NCBI GenBank assembly: GCA_050331735.1
Contig: JBHJGN010000057.1
Location: 1-64,000, forward strand
Direction: 5' to 3'
DNA from: Cyanophyceae cyanobacterium
Lineage (GTDB): Bacteria > Cyanobacteriota > Cyanobacteriia > Cyanobacteriales > JBHJGN01
Length of the DNA stretch: 64,000 bases
In this document: piece by piece, positions 29,174 through 38,890 of the stretch
Layout of the letters: the number at the start of each line of letters is the position of its first letter
Numbering within the stretch: the stretch's first letter is position 1
The notes under the pieces: generated by a model
The model's input: the letters and a program-made list of their open reading frames with translations, nothing else
Database searches by the model: none
What the model was told of the DNA's origin: nothing
Program-made: the position numbers and the translations under genes

Positions 29174-30211
29174 TCAAGAAGTGGCTTTTTTGGCCCGGTT
29201 CCAGTTATTGAGGATATCTTTAACTAATAACTCTCGTAGCCAAACTTGCAAAACAACCACAATCGGAAGAGCCAAGAATAAGCCGATTAAACCAAAAAAC
29301 GTAGCAAAAGCGAGCTGAGAAAGTAACGTAATGGCCGGTAACAAAGATACCTGTTGCTTCATGACCAGAGGCGTGAGAATATTACTTTCGATCTGCTGAA
29401 TAGCGATATACAAAACAACCACGGCAAGTGTCTTCCAGGGAGTAACCGTAAAACCGAGGACCGCAGGGGGAATAACGCTGAGAGTAGGCCCTAGATTAGG
29501 AATATAGGTGAGTAACCCGGCCAAAATAGCATTAGCAAGAGGAAGAGGCACTCCCAGAAGCCATAAACCAACTCCACTCAAAACGCTAATGACAGTCATA
29601 TTAAACAAAATGCCAATAAACCAGCCGAAAATCGCCTCCTCGCACTGAGAAAGAATTTCATCAATCCGCCGACGATAGAAAGCAGGAAATAGCACAATAA
29701 ACACGCGGCGATAGCTGGCAGGATTGCTTAAGAACATGATGGTGACAACCGTCACTAGCAGTAGCTGAAGCAGAACCTGAATGGAGCTTCTAAAAATGTC
29801 AAAAACCCGACCAAACCAGCCAGAACCAGAAGTGGGAAGTTGTTGAAAAATATCTGTGAGGCTCTCAATTTCATTGAGTAATTGACCAGGGAGAAATCGG
29901 CGGACTTCGCCATACCACTCCTGTATTTGCTCGCTGATTCGAGGGAACTGCACGGAAAATTGTTGAAAATTCCCGGCAATAGAGGTAACGACCAGGGCAA
30001 CCAGACCCGCGAGGATGGCAAGCACCGTCAACACCGACAGGGCAACAGCAATTCCTCGCTGAATGTGGTAGTCTTGCAGCTTCTGAACCAAGCGGTTGAG
30101 CGCCGTCGCAAACACTACTGCTGTAAACGCCAGCAGCAACAGATGGTGTATCTGCCATAGGACGTAGAGAGCGATCGCAAACACAATCGAGCCAATAATC
30201 TTGCCAACCAC
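29174..30211 (-). CDS. AI-2E family transporter
   Basis: Multi-TM; YIPNLGP, QQIESNILTPLVM, GLFLALP. Confidence 0.9.
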   Translation of the reverse strand: MVGKIIGSIVFAIALYVLWQIHHLLLLAFTAVVFATALNRLVQKLQDYHIQRGIAVALSVLTVLAILAGLVALVVTSIAGNFQQFSVQFPRISEQIQEWYGEVRRFLPGQLLNEIESLTDIFQQLPTSGSGWFGRVFDIFRSSIQVLLQLLLVTVVTIMFLSNPASYRRVFIVLFPAFYRRRIDEILSQCEEAIFGWFIGILFNMTVISVLSGVGLWLLGVPLPLANAILAGLLTYIPNLGPTLSVIPPAVLGFTVTPWKTLAVVVLYIAIQQIESNILTPLVMKQQVSLLPAITLLSQLAFATFFGLIGLFLALPIVVVLQVWLRELLVKDILNNWNRAKKATS

Positions 30212-30305
30212 AGTTCCTCCTGATTTCGGCCATTGACAGCTATTATGCTCATTAGTAACGAAGTTTGATGGGGGTTGCGTCTTCCCTAAGAGTACTCATC
30301 GAACG

Positions 30306-31670
30306 CTAAAGCTGCTGGCAGAGTTGCCGAAAATGCTCGCCGCGATGCTCAAAGCTTTGATACTGGTCGAAGCTAGCGCACGCCGGGGACAGAAGCACAA
30401 CCGAGGCCTGGTACTGCTGGGCTAGCGGCAGCGAGCGCTCGATTGCTGCCTCCATCGTCTCGACAATTTCGTACCGTTCGTAGCCAACGAGCTTTAATCG
30501 TTGAGCAAAAGTTGGCGCGGCTTCTCCAATCAGCAGCATGGCTGCGGCTCGCTCCTGAACTGTTTTCAGCCAGCCAGTATCGTCTCCTGTTTTGGCTTGG
30601 CCCCCCGCAATGACAATCGCTGGAGCCGTCACCGACATTAAACCCACCTGGGCCGCCTCGTAATTGGTCGCCTTACTGTCGTTGATAAACTCTACATCGG
30701 CAAGGGTGCGAATCTTTTCCAAGCGATGGGGAACTCCGGCAAAAGCGGCCACTCCAGAAGCGATCGCCTCGCCATCAATTCCGGCTAACCGCGCCGCCGC
30801 CACTGCCAACAACAGATTTTGGAGATTATGGTCGCCCACCATCTTAAACTCGGTGGTCGGCAGCACTCGTTCGTCAAAAGCAACCACCCAGCCGTCCTCG
30901 ATATAAATCGTCGGCGATCGCTCTGCGAGGGCTTTTCCTTTGATGCTCGTCCAGTACACATTCTGCCAATCCGTTGCGGACCTCAAGAACGGATCGTCTC
31001 CGTTAAAAACTCGCTGTTGGGAACGACGCAGCAACGACGCTTTGATGTAATAGTAATTTGCTAATGTTTGATGGCGACTGAGGTGATCGGCAGTAAACGT
31101 TGTCCATAGGCCGATTTGAGGAGCTAATGCTATCGAAGATTCGATCTGATAGCTGCTAATTTCAGCAATAATCCAGTCTAGAGTTGGCGCTGGAGAGGAA
31201 GCAGACTTACTGTTTCGCTGATGCTGAAGAGCAATTTCGCAGGCCGCATAGCCAATATTGCCGCAGGCCGGAGCCACTAATCCGGCAGTCTTAAAGATAG
31301 CGGCGGTCAGCGCCGTTGTGGTGGTTTTCCCGTTGGTGCCGGTGATCCCAATCCACGGAACCGTCTGGAGATAGCGCCAGGCTAGCTCTAGTTCCCCGAT
31401 GGTATCAATTCCTCGACTTCTGGCTTCCACTAAGACGGGAATATCCCAGGGAACGCCAGGACTCACCACAATCAGCTCGGAGGGGTCATCTAAGGTGAAA
31501 GTATGACCAAGCTGCACCTGAATGCCCTCTCCTTCCAGCTCTTGCTTCTGCTGATTCAGCTTTGGAGAGCAAGCGCGATCGCTTAACCTTACTTCCCAAC
31601 CATCCTGTTTCAACAGCCGCGCAGCGGCGATCCCAGATCTTCCCAGTCCAATAATGTCAGCCTTGGGCAT
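30306..31670 (-). CDS. murD: UDP-N-acetylmuramoyl-L-alanine--D-glutamate ligase
   Basis: [42 protein letters not shown]. Confidence 0.96.
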   Translation of the reverse strand: MPKADIIGLGRSGIAAARLLKQDGWEVRLSDRACSPKLNQQKQELEGEGIQVQLGHTFTLDDPSELIVVSPGVPWDIPVLVEARSRGIDTIGELELAWRYLQTVPWIGITGTNGKTTTTALTAAIFKTAGLVAPACGNIGYAACEIALQHQRNSKSASSPAPTLDWIIAEISSYQIESSIALAPQIGLWTTFTADHLSRHQTLANYYYIKASLLRRSQQRVFNGDDPFLRSATDWQNVYWTSIKGKALAERSPTIYIEDGWVVAFDERVLPTTEFKMVGDHNLQNLLLAVAAARLAGIDGEAIASGVAAFAGVPHRLEKIRTLADVEFINDSKATNYEAAQVGLMSVTAPAIVIAGGQAKTGDDTGWLKTVQERAAAMLLIGEAAPTFAQRLKLVGYERYEIVETMEAAIERSLPLAQQYQASVVLLSPACASFDQYQSFEHRGEHFRQLCQQL

Positions 31671-31831
31671 ATTTAACGTTGCAATTAATTAACAGCAACA
31701 CTCATCATAATTAAAAAGGCAAAATTAAAATGCCAAAAGTAACTACTAAGCAGTACGAAGTCATCGCAGCATCTGTTTCTGGCAGATAAACTGTAACCGC
31801 ACACAAGGTTTTTTAATGGTGGCAGAGATGA

Positions 31832-32572
31832 CTACAGCGTTGGAAACTGAGTAATGTCCGCTGCTGCCTGAAGCGTAATTTTCCCCGCGTCTACCTGAAG
31901 CTGATGAATTCGTAAAGCCAATCCCTCTTTCTCAAAGTTACGCAGGTCTAGCATTTTGCTGGCTTTATCAAGAAAAGCGGCTGTCAGTTCTGCTGAGACT
32001 TCCTTCCCCGGGACGTATTCAATATTTTCCAGGAGGACTCCTCGTCCTCCTGGGGCGATTTTTGGGGTCGTTGTAAATGCTACCGTCTGCTGTTCTCCGC
32101 TCGGATGCAGCTCCACGACAGCCTCGACCGCCACGGTCCCATCCTCACGAAGCTGACACGTTTTTTCCGGAACCGTAAACTTCACGCTCCCGTTCTCTAA
32201 ATAGGTATCTAGAACGCTAATCCGAGTTCTCAGTTCGGGGGAATTAAAGGCCCGATTAAGATCGTCTTCGGTTAACTCAATGCGAGCGGTTCCTTCCGTC
32301 GGCTGAGTCAGTTCAATATTGCCCGTTAACGCTTTCAGAGGACTAACAGCGATCGCCTGCATGAGGATTTCTAGCACCTGCACCCGCAAGTCGGTTTCGA
32401 GCACTAGTCCGGTTCCCAGAATCTCTAGGGCTTCCAGCTCACCATTCGTGAGCTTCTCTGGATCGGTTTTAACCCGCACGTCCAAACTGTCCGCCTCTTC
32501 TAGTTGACTCGATAGAGCAAGTTCGGCAATTTTGTTGAGGGCTTGTTCTCCAAGATTATCGGTTCCTAACAC
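31832..32572 (-). CDS. DUF2993 (LmeA-like) domain protein
   Basis: LGEQALNKIAE..LSSQL, LTEDDLNRAFNS. Confidence 0.75.
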   Translation of the reverse strand: MLGTDNLGEQALNKIAELALSSQLEEADSLDVRVKTDPEKLTNGELEALEILGTGLVLETDLRVQVLEILMQAIAVSPLKALTGNIELTQPTEGTARIELTEDDLNRAFNSPELRTRISVLDTYLENGSVKFTVPEKTCQLREDGTVAVEAVVELHPSGEQQTVAFTTTPKIAPGGRGVLLENIEYVPGKEVSAELTAAFLDKASKMLDLRNFEKEGLALRIHQLQVDAGKITLQAAADITQFPTL

Positions 32573-32660
32573 GCGATCGCTGCTCCCACTAAGACTTTCG
32601 TTCTTCTTAATTTTATTAAGAAACGTTAAGCCATATCTCTGCCAGATGACAGAATCGGGA

Positions 32661-32892
32661 TGTCCCTCCGGGAAAAGGGAAATCGCTGCGCGATGGGGAA
32701 AGGGGAAAGGGAAATCTGTCCCTGCGGGACGGGGAAAGGGAAAATCGCTGCGCGATGGGGAAAAGGGAAACAGTGACCAGTGACCAAACTAACTAGCTGA
32801 TTTGAACACTGTTAACTAACAACTGTCAAGTTCTTCCCTTTCCCCTTTCCCCCTTGCCCTTTGCCCGTTGCGGAGCAACTTTCCCCTTCCCC
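32661..32892. repeat. STRR-like GGGAAA/TTTCCC inverted tract with 13-nt mini-hairpins
   Basis: ATCGCTGCGCGAT twice, GTCCCTGCGGGAC, GTTGCGGAGCAAC between purine/pyrimidine runs. Confidence 0.85.
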
Positions 32893-33794
32893 TACGGCGC
32901 TTCCTCTTCCCAAGTTCGTAACTGAACGTAGACGAGAATCAAGGTGATGCCGAGTAACACGGTTGCCGCTGCGGCGGCATAGCCGAACTCAAAGCGAGAG
33001 AAAGCTTCCTGGTAAACATAGTAAACGAGCAGGTTTGTGGAGTTGAGTGGTCCTCCTCCAGTGATCACATACACTTGCTCAAAGCTGCGTAACGTAAAAA
33101 TAGCGGTCGTCACTGTGGCAAAAACGAGCGTTGGTCGCAATCCCGGCAGCGTAATATACCAAAATTTAGCCCCGGCGTTGGCTCCATCGAGTTCAGCCGC
33201 TTCGTATCTCGATTGCGGGATGGCCTGGAGTCCAGCGAGAAAGACGACTAAATTGAAGCCTAACTGCTTCCAGATGCTCAGCAGGATAATCACGGGCATC
33301 GACCAAGTGGTGCTGCTTAACCAGGGAATAGGGTCGAGTCCGGCAGCGAGCAGCAGACCGTTAACAGGACCATCCGTTTGAAACAGCCAGCGAAACCCTA
33401 AGCCGACGGCAACTAGAGAAGTAATCGAGGGAATAAAATAAGCCGTTCGGAGCAATCCCCGCAGGGCTAGAGACTGATTGAGCAGCACTGCTAATCCGAG
33501 CGGAATCACCAGACTAGGAATTACGGTAGCAATGGTGAAATAAGCCGTATTGCCCATCACCTGCCAAAAGTCAGGATCTGTCACCAGCCGCAGATAGTTG
33601 CGCACTCCAATCCAGTGAACGCCCTGGGTGGTAAAGCTGCCGCTGGTAAAGCTGAGATAAACCAAGTAGGTAATCGGCCCAAGCAAAAACACGCCGAGGA
33701 GGAGCAAAGCAGGCGCGAGAAACAGCCAGGCCGCAAAAGTGTCTCGATCGAGCCAAGACGTGAGATAGTGGGGGGATACGGGCAATTTGTTCAC
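32892..33794 (-). CDS. Carbohydrate ABC transporter permease
   Basis: EAA motif YEAAELDGA, GGGPLNST, multi-TM. Confidence 0.92.
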   Translation of the reverse strand: MNKLPVSPHYLTSWLDRDTFAAWLFLAPALLLLGVFLLGPITYLVYLSFTSGSFTTQGVHWIGVRNYLRLVTDPDFWQVMGNTAYFTIATVIPSLVIPLGLAVLLNQSLALRGLLRTAYFIPSITSLVAVGLGFRWLFQTDGPVNGLLLAAGLDPIPWLSSTTWSMPVIILLSIWKQLGFNLVVFLAGLQAIPQSRYEAAELDGANAGAKFWYITLPGLRPTLVFATVTTAIFTLRSFEQVYVITGGGPLNSTNLLVYYVYQEAFSRFEFGYAAAAATVLLGITLILVYVQLRTWEEEAP

Positions 33795-33800
33795 GGGCTA

Positions 33801-34460
33801 ATGAGTCAATTCTCTTCCACTGATTCTACCTCGACGTTGATTTCTCCCTCGCTGAAGCCGCCACTGTCGCTAGAGAACCCTACCAAACTAGGCATTATGG
33901 CCTCCGGCAGCGGCAGTAACTTTGAGGCGATCGCCCAAGCCATCCAAGACAAGCAGCTCCCTGCTCACATTCAGGTTCTCATTTACAACAACCCAAAGGC
34001 CACCGTAAGAGCGCGAGCCCAGCGCTGGCATGTGCCCGCCGTTTTGCTCAACCACCGCCAGTTTAAGCGCCGGGAAGACCTAGACCGCTCTATCGTGGAC
34101 GTATTGCAGCAATATGAAGTGCAGTGGGTCGTGATGGCAGGCTGGATGCGCGTCGTAACGCCCGTTCTGCTCAAAGCATTTCCCCAGCGCATAATTAACA
34201 TTCATCCCAGTCTGCTGCCTAGCTTTCGCGGCGTTCGCGCCGTCGAACAGGCTCTCCAGGCTGGAGTCAAAATTACTGGCTGCACTGCTCACTTCGTTGC
34301 TTTAGAGATAGACAGCGGCCAAATTATCATGCAGGCAGCCGTTCCCGTGTTGGCCAATGATACCGCTGACACTCTCCACGCCCGCATTCAGGTCCAGGAA
34401 CATCGCATTCTGCCCCAGGCGATCGCTATAGCCAGTAGTCCCGTTGGGACGGGGAAATAG
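33801..34460 (+). CDS. purN: Phosphoribosylglycinamide formyltransferase
   Basis: MASGSGSNFEAI, AGWMR, NIHPSLLP, EHRILP; start ATG 33801. Confidence 0.95.
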   Translation: MSQFSSTDSTSTLISPSLKPPLSLENPTKLGIMASGSGSNFEAIAQAIQDKQLPAHIQVLIYNNPKATVRARAQRWHVPAVLLNHRQFKRREDLDRSIVDVLQQYEVQWVVMAGWMRVVTPVLLKAFPQRIINIHPSLLPSFRGVRAVEQALQAGVKITGCTAHFVALEIDSGQIIMQAAVPVLANDTADTLHARIQVQEHRILPQAIAIASSPVGTGK

Positions 34461-34601
34461 TTCCTGCGGAACGGGCAAAGGGCAAAGGGAAAGGGAGTAG
34501 TTGTCAAGTGGGTTCCTTGCTCCTGTATTCTTCTCCCGTCCCGGAGGGACAGATTTCCCTTTCCCCTTTCCCCCTTCCCCTTTTCCCCGCGCCGCAGGAG
34601 C
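34438..34601. repeat. STRR-like inverted tract with 13-nt mini-hairpins
   Basis: GTTCCTGCGGAAC, GTCCCGGAGGGAC, GGGCAAA/TTTCCCC runs; overlaps the purN 3' end. Confidence 0.85.
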
Positions 34602-36107
34602 TTACACCCCCGACTGCGGCAGCTCAACATCAAGCGTCGTTACTTCCGTCTCTAGGCTACTGAGCGGTGGCTGAATTTCATTCATGTTGCCCACAACTAA
34701 AGTGACGATTTTCTCCGGCTGGAGATGTTCCTGGGCCGCTCGCAGGACGTCTGCCACCGTTGTTGCCTGCACCGCCTCCCGATATTCAAAAATGAAGTTT
34801 TCTGGATAGCCAAAGTATTCGTAACGCATCAGCCGCTCTAAAACTTCGCTCGGTTGGTCGAAGTTGAAGACGAAAGAGTTGAGAATGGCCTCTTGCGCGC
34901 GTTCGAGTTCTGCTTCCTCAATCGGATTGGTGCGAAGTTCCTCAATTTCTGACATCACTGCGCGAATGAAGGGAACCGTGGCATCAGAGCGCGTTTGTCC
35001 GCCAGCAATAAAGAGGCCAGGGTAATCATATCGAGGACTCCATACGCCGTATACCGAGTAGGCGAGTCCCTGGCGCGATCGCACTTCGTTAAATAGCCGT
35101 CCGCCGAATCCGTTGAGCACTTCATTTAAGACACTCAAGACCGGATAATCCGGATGATCGAACTGACCGCCCAGATGACCGAGCAAAATATGACTCTGAG
35201 TTAACTGGGGCTGATTGACCACAAAAACGCCGCTTTCATAGTTCTGCTCCGCGGCGGGAACGGCGGCTTCGGTGGCGGCAGCAGGCTGCCAATCTCCAAA
35301 GTTTTCTTCAATCAGCTCTTTCATCTGCTCCGAGTCAAAATCGCCCACAATTCCCAGAATCATCCGCTCCGGACGAAAATTCTGTTGGTAATAGTCAACC
35401 AAATCCTCGCGGGTAATGTTGTCGAGCGTTTCGTACTCCACCGTTCGAGCATAGGGACTGCTCTCTCCATAGACAACCTTTTGATATTCCCGATTGGCAA
35501 TGTCGCCCGGATCGTCATTGCGACGGGCAATCTCCCCCCGTTTTTGAACTTTGGCCAGTTCCACTTTTTCGGGAGCAAAGGCCGGGGTGCGCAGCACCTC
35601 AGCAAATAAGCTAAACACCGTTTCTAAATCTGCACTGAGGGCATCAAAGCTGGCGCTGCCGAACGATTCGCCAATGCTAGTTTCTACCGTCGCGGCTCGC
35701 TGTTCGAGCATCTGGTTTAGTTCGTCAGCGGCATGCTGTTGTGTCCCGCCACTTCTCAAGACTGTGCCCGTCAGTTCTGCTAAACCTACCTGATTGTCAG
35801 GTTCAAGACGGGAACCAGCGCGAATGAGCGCACTGCCGCTTACCAGAGGCAGGCGACGATCTTCGAGCAGATACACCACCATGCCGTTATCGAGTTCAAG
35901 GCGCTCGTACTCCGGTAGCTGAATTTCTGCTATCGGAGGAAACTCTAAATCTGAGTAGCTTTGAGGAGTTCCAGCGACGGCACTGGGGCGAGAGCATAGC
36001 ACCAGCAAAGCTGCCGTCATCATCAAACCGAACCAGCGCAGAGCCGAGGGGAACCCTGCTGGCCGATGGCGTTTAAGTCGTTGTTGCATGTGCTGTTGAT
36101 GGGTCAT
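34602..36107 (-). CDS. M16 family peptidase-like subunit (non-catalytic), exported
   Basis: LDNGMVVYL, RLFNEVRSRQGLAYSV; lacks HxxEH; signal peptide. Confidence 0.88.
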   Translation of the reverse strand: MTHQQHMQQRLKRHRPAGFPSALRWFGLMMTAALLVLCSRPSAVAGTPQSYSDLEFPPIAEIQLPEYERLELDNGMVVYLLEDRRLPLVSGSALIRAGSRLEPDNQVGLAELTGTVLRSGGTQQHAADELNQMLEQRAATVETSIGESFGSASFDALSADLETVFSLFAEVLRTPAFAPEKVELAKVQKRGEIARRNDDPGDIANREYQKVVYGESSPYARTVEYETLDNITREDLVDYYQQNFRPERMILGIVGDFDSEQMKELIEENFGDWQPAAATEAAVPAAEQNYESGVFVVNQPQLTQSHILLGHLGGQFDHPDYPVLSVLNEVLNGFGGRLFNEVRSRQGLAYSVYGVWSPRYDYPGLFIAGGQTRSDATVPFIRAVMSEIEELRTNPIEEAELERAQEAILNSFVFNFDQPSEVLERLMRYEYFGYPENFIFEYREAVQATTVADVLRAAQEHLQPEKIVTLVVGNMNEIQPPLSSLETEVTTLDVELPQSGV

Positions 36108-36240
36108 CGGGTAAATTGAGAGCAAAGCTGCTTTCAGGTAGGGAGGCGTAATTAGAATTAGATATAAACTTTAAAGACAGCCGGGGAAGAAGGAGCTAAA
36201 AGCTAATTGCAAAATTTTCAGTTTAATTCTACCCAGCTAA

Positions 36241-37863
36241 TTAGTTATTGGTCGCCGCCGGCACTAATCGTCCAATGGTAAGATTGTCGGCGGTAAAAGT
36301 TTCTTGGGCGACTCGCTGAATGTCTTCTGGAGTGACGGCGGCGATCGCCTCTAGCTGCTCAAATACCGTCTGCCAACTGCCCGTTTTGGCTTCGTACTCG
36401 GCCAGCAGTCTAGCCATCCCGCTGTTGGAGTTGAGAGTGCGCAGTAAGCCTGCCTTGAGCTGATTCTTCACCCGCTCTAGTTCCTGCTCGGTCACGGGTT
36501 CGCTTTTGAGCCGCTCAATTTCGACTCTCAGCGCTGCGGCGACCTCTTCCAGGGTATGACCAGGAGCCGTCTGAGCATAAAACAGCATCAGGTTAGGATA
36601 CTTTTCTCCGGGAAAGCCGCTGAATCCCTGCGCTGACAGCGCTACCTGCTGCTCTTCGACTAAAGATTGATAGAGACGACTCGTTCTGCCGCTGCTGAGG
36701 ATGCCAGCAAGGACTTCATAAACGGCGTGATCGGGATGGTTGAGCGAGGGACGATGATACCCTTCTAGATAGAGCGGTTGAGACTGAAACTCGACGGTAA
36801 CTTCTCGCGTCTCGCTTTGGGTGGGTTCTACGGTCGTCACCTCGGGCGGCGCGGGTTTGGCAGGATAACGGCCAAAGTAGGTCTGCGCTAACTGCTGCAC
36901 TCGCTCTGGCTCGACATCTCCGACAATCGCAATCGTCAAGTTGTCGGGCGTGTAGTAGGTTTCGTAGAACTGCTGTACATCCTCGCGGGTGAGGTTGCGA
37001 ATGTCTTCTTCATAACCAATCACTGGACGCTTGTAAGGATGCTCAGTAAAGGCCGTGTCTAGAAAAGCCTCGATCATTTTTCCAACCGGGGAGTTGTCGG
37101 TGCGCAACCGCCGTTCTTCGAGAATGACCTCTTTTTCTTTATAGAATTCTCGAAAGACTGGCTCTAAAAATCTTTCTGACTCCAGCGCCATCCACAGCTC
37201 TAGCTTGTTAGCGGGCAAACTGTAGAAATACGAGGTGTAGTCAGCAGAAGTAGCTGCGTTGAGCCCAACTCCTCCCGCCGTTTCTACGATTTGTCCCAGT
37301 TCGTTCTGTTTAACATACTCTTGGGCCTGCTCCTGCACCTGGATAAACTCAGCCTGGAGTTGAGTCGTCTGCGCCTCGTTCCCGGCTGCCTGGGCTGCCT
37401 GGAGCTGTTCTGCAATGACATCCAAGCGGTTGAGTAGTTCTGCTTCTGCTTGGTAGTCGGTCGTCCCAATTTCCTCGGTTCCTTTGAAAGCGAGGTGCTC
37501 TAGAAAATGAGCCACTCCAGTTTTCCCGACGGGTTCATCTGTGCCGCCAACGTCGGCGTAGGTGACAAAAGAGACAACGGGCGCTTCATGGTTTTCCAGA
37601 ACAATAAACTTCATGCCGTTGTCTAGGGTAAATTCACTGATGCTTTCGATCACCTGGTCTAAATACGGCTGGATCGAAGAGGCGACCGGCGACTGAGGGC
37701 GTTCGGCAACCTCTCTGTGGTGAATCTCTACGCGACCGTAACGTTCAGCCGCCCCTCCTGCTAGCTGCGCCTGTGCTGCTGCCGGCATCATCCAAGTCGT
37801 TATTAATACAATACCGAGAATCAAGCCGCGAGCGCGGCGTGTTTTGGGTCGTTTGCTTACCAC
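36241..37863 (-). CDS. M16 family zinc peptidase, exported
   Basis: AHFLEHLAFKG (HxxEH), EVILEERR, HPYKRPVIG. Confidence 0.92.
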   Translation of the reverse strand: MVSKRPKTRRARGLILGIVLITTWMMPAAAQAQLAGGAAERYGRVEIHHREVAERPQSPVASSIQPYLDQVIESISEFTLDNGMKFIVLENHEAPVVSFVTYADVGGTDEPVGKTGVAHFLEHLAFKGTEEIGTTDYQAEAELLNRLDVIAEQLQAAQAAGNEAQTTQLQAEFIQVQEQAQEYVKQNELGQIVETAGGVGLNAATSADYTSYFYSLPANKLELWMALESERFLEPVFREFYKEKEVILEERRLRTDNSPVGKMIEAFLDTAFTEHPYKRPVIGYEEDIRNLTREDVQQFYETYYTPDNLTIAIVGDVEPERVQQLAQTYFGRYPAKPAPPEVTTVEPTQSETREVTVEFQSQPLYLEGYHRPSLNHPDHAVYEVLAGILSSGRTSRLYQSLVEEQQVALSAQGFSGFPGEKYPNLMLFYAQTAPGHTLEEVAAALRVEIERLKSEPVTEQELERVKNQLKAGLLRTLNSNSGMARLLAEYEAKTGSWQTVFEQLEAIAAVTPEDIQRVAQETFTADNLTIGRLVPAATNN

Positions 37864-38121
37864 AAGTCAAAAGCTCTCATCGCAAGAATAACTCCTCCAG
37901 AATAACGATTTCCTAAACCGATTAGTGGGTTCTTCAGTGAGCATTCGTTTTCAACCCGGCTTTCCTCCTGAGCACGAATGACGAATAACGATGCTGCATA
38001 GATAACAATCTATGAAGAAGAGGCGCAATTGCCGAGGGGAATAAGACAAAATAGCTCTACAGTACTGGTAATAAAATTCAAGGCGATCGCCCTTTAACCG
38101 ACTTCTAAACACTCTAAAAAC

Positions 38122-38745
38122 ATGCAAATTCGTCAGCGATCCCCCGAGATGAGAACGACTCCTAGCGAGGAGACCCGCCGTCGGATCTTAAAAGCCGCCC
38201 TGCGCTTATTTGCTCGCAAAGGTTTTGACGCGACCACCACCAGAGATTTGGCCACTGCCGCCAACGTCGCTGAAGGCACTATATTTCGGCACTTCAACAC
38301 CAAAAAAGCGATTTTAGTGGAGGTCGCTACGGCAGGCTGGGTGGAAATTCTCACCGATCTCCTCACCGAGCTGAGCGAAATGGGCAGCTATCGAGCGGTG
38401 GCACAAGTGATGCGGCGGCGGATGCTGCGCATGCAGGAAAACAGCGCTCTGATGCGGGTATGCTTTTTTGAGGCTCAGTTTCATCCCGAATTACGAGATC
38501 GCATTCAGCTCGAGGTGATTGCCAAAATGACCGATGTGGCCGAAGCGTTTTTCCAAACGGCAATGGAGAGAGGGATCTATCGCCCCATGAATCCCAAAGT
38601 GGTCGCGCAGGTTTTCTTGGGAATGTTTGCGATCGCTGGATTCTCTGACCAAACGATTATCGATCCCCAAGCCTCTCCCCAAGCCCTTCAGGAGATGGCG
38701 GAAGGCATTGCCGATATTTTCTTAAACGGTGTTTTGGTGGATTGA
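38122..38745 (+). CDS. TetR/AcrR family regulator
   Basis: ILKAALRLFARKGFDATTTRDLATAANVAEGTIFRHF. Confidence 0.93.
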   Translation: MQIRQRSPEMRTTPSEETRRRILKAALRLFARKGFDATTTRDLATAANVAEGTIFRHFNTKKAILVEVATAGWVEILTDLLTELSEMGSYRAVAQVMRRRMLRMQENSALMRVCFFEAQFHPELRDRIQLEVIAKMTDVAEAFFQTAMERGIYRPMNPKVVAQVFLGMFAIAGFSDQTIIDPQASPQALQEMAEGIADIFLNGVLVD

Positions 38746-38890
38746 CAAATTGAAACCGGGGAAAGGGCAAGGGGGAAATAACGAGTTGTCTGCCAAAACT
38801 TTTACCGTTGCCGCAGGAAAAGCGGAGGATGAAAGCCCTGATGGGAGAGATTTAATCTGACATATCATTCCGCACTCCACCGAATTTTCC

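Noticed and set aside
33615..33800. N-terminal extension of purN
   Set aside because: Antisense to the ABC permease coding region
19655..34601. Repeat tracts (19.7, 32.7, 34.5 kb) as CRISPR arrays
   Set aside because: No constant 25-40 bp repeat with unique, regularly sized spacers and no cas genes
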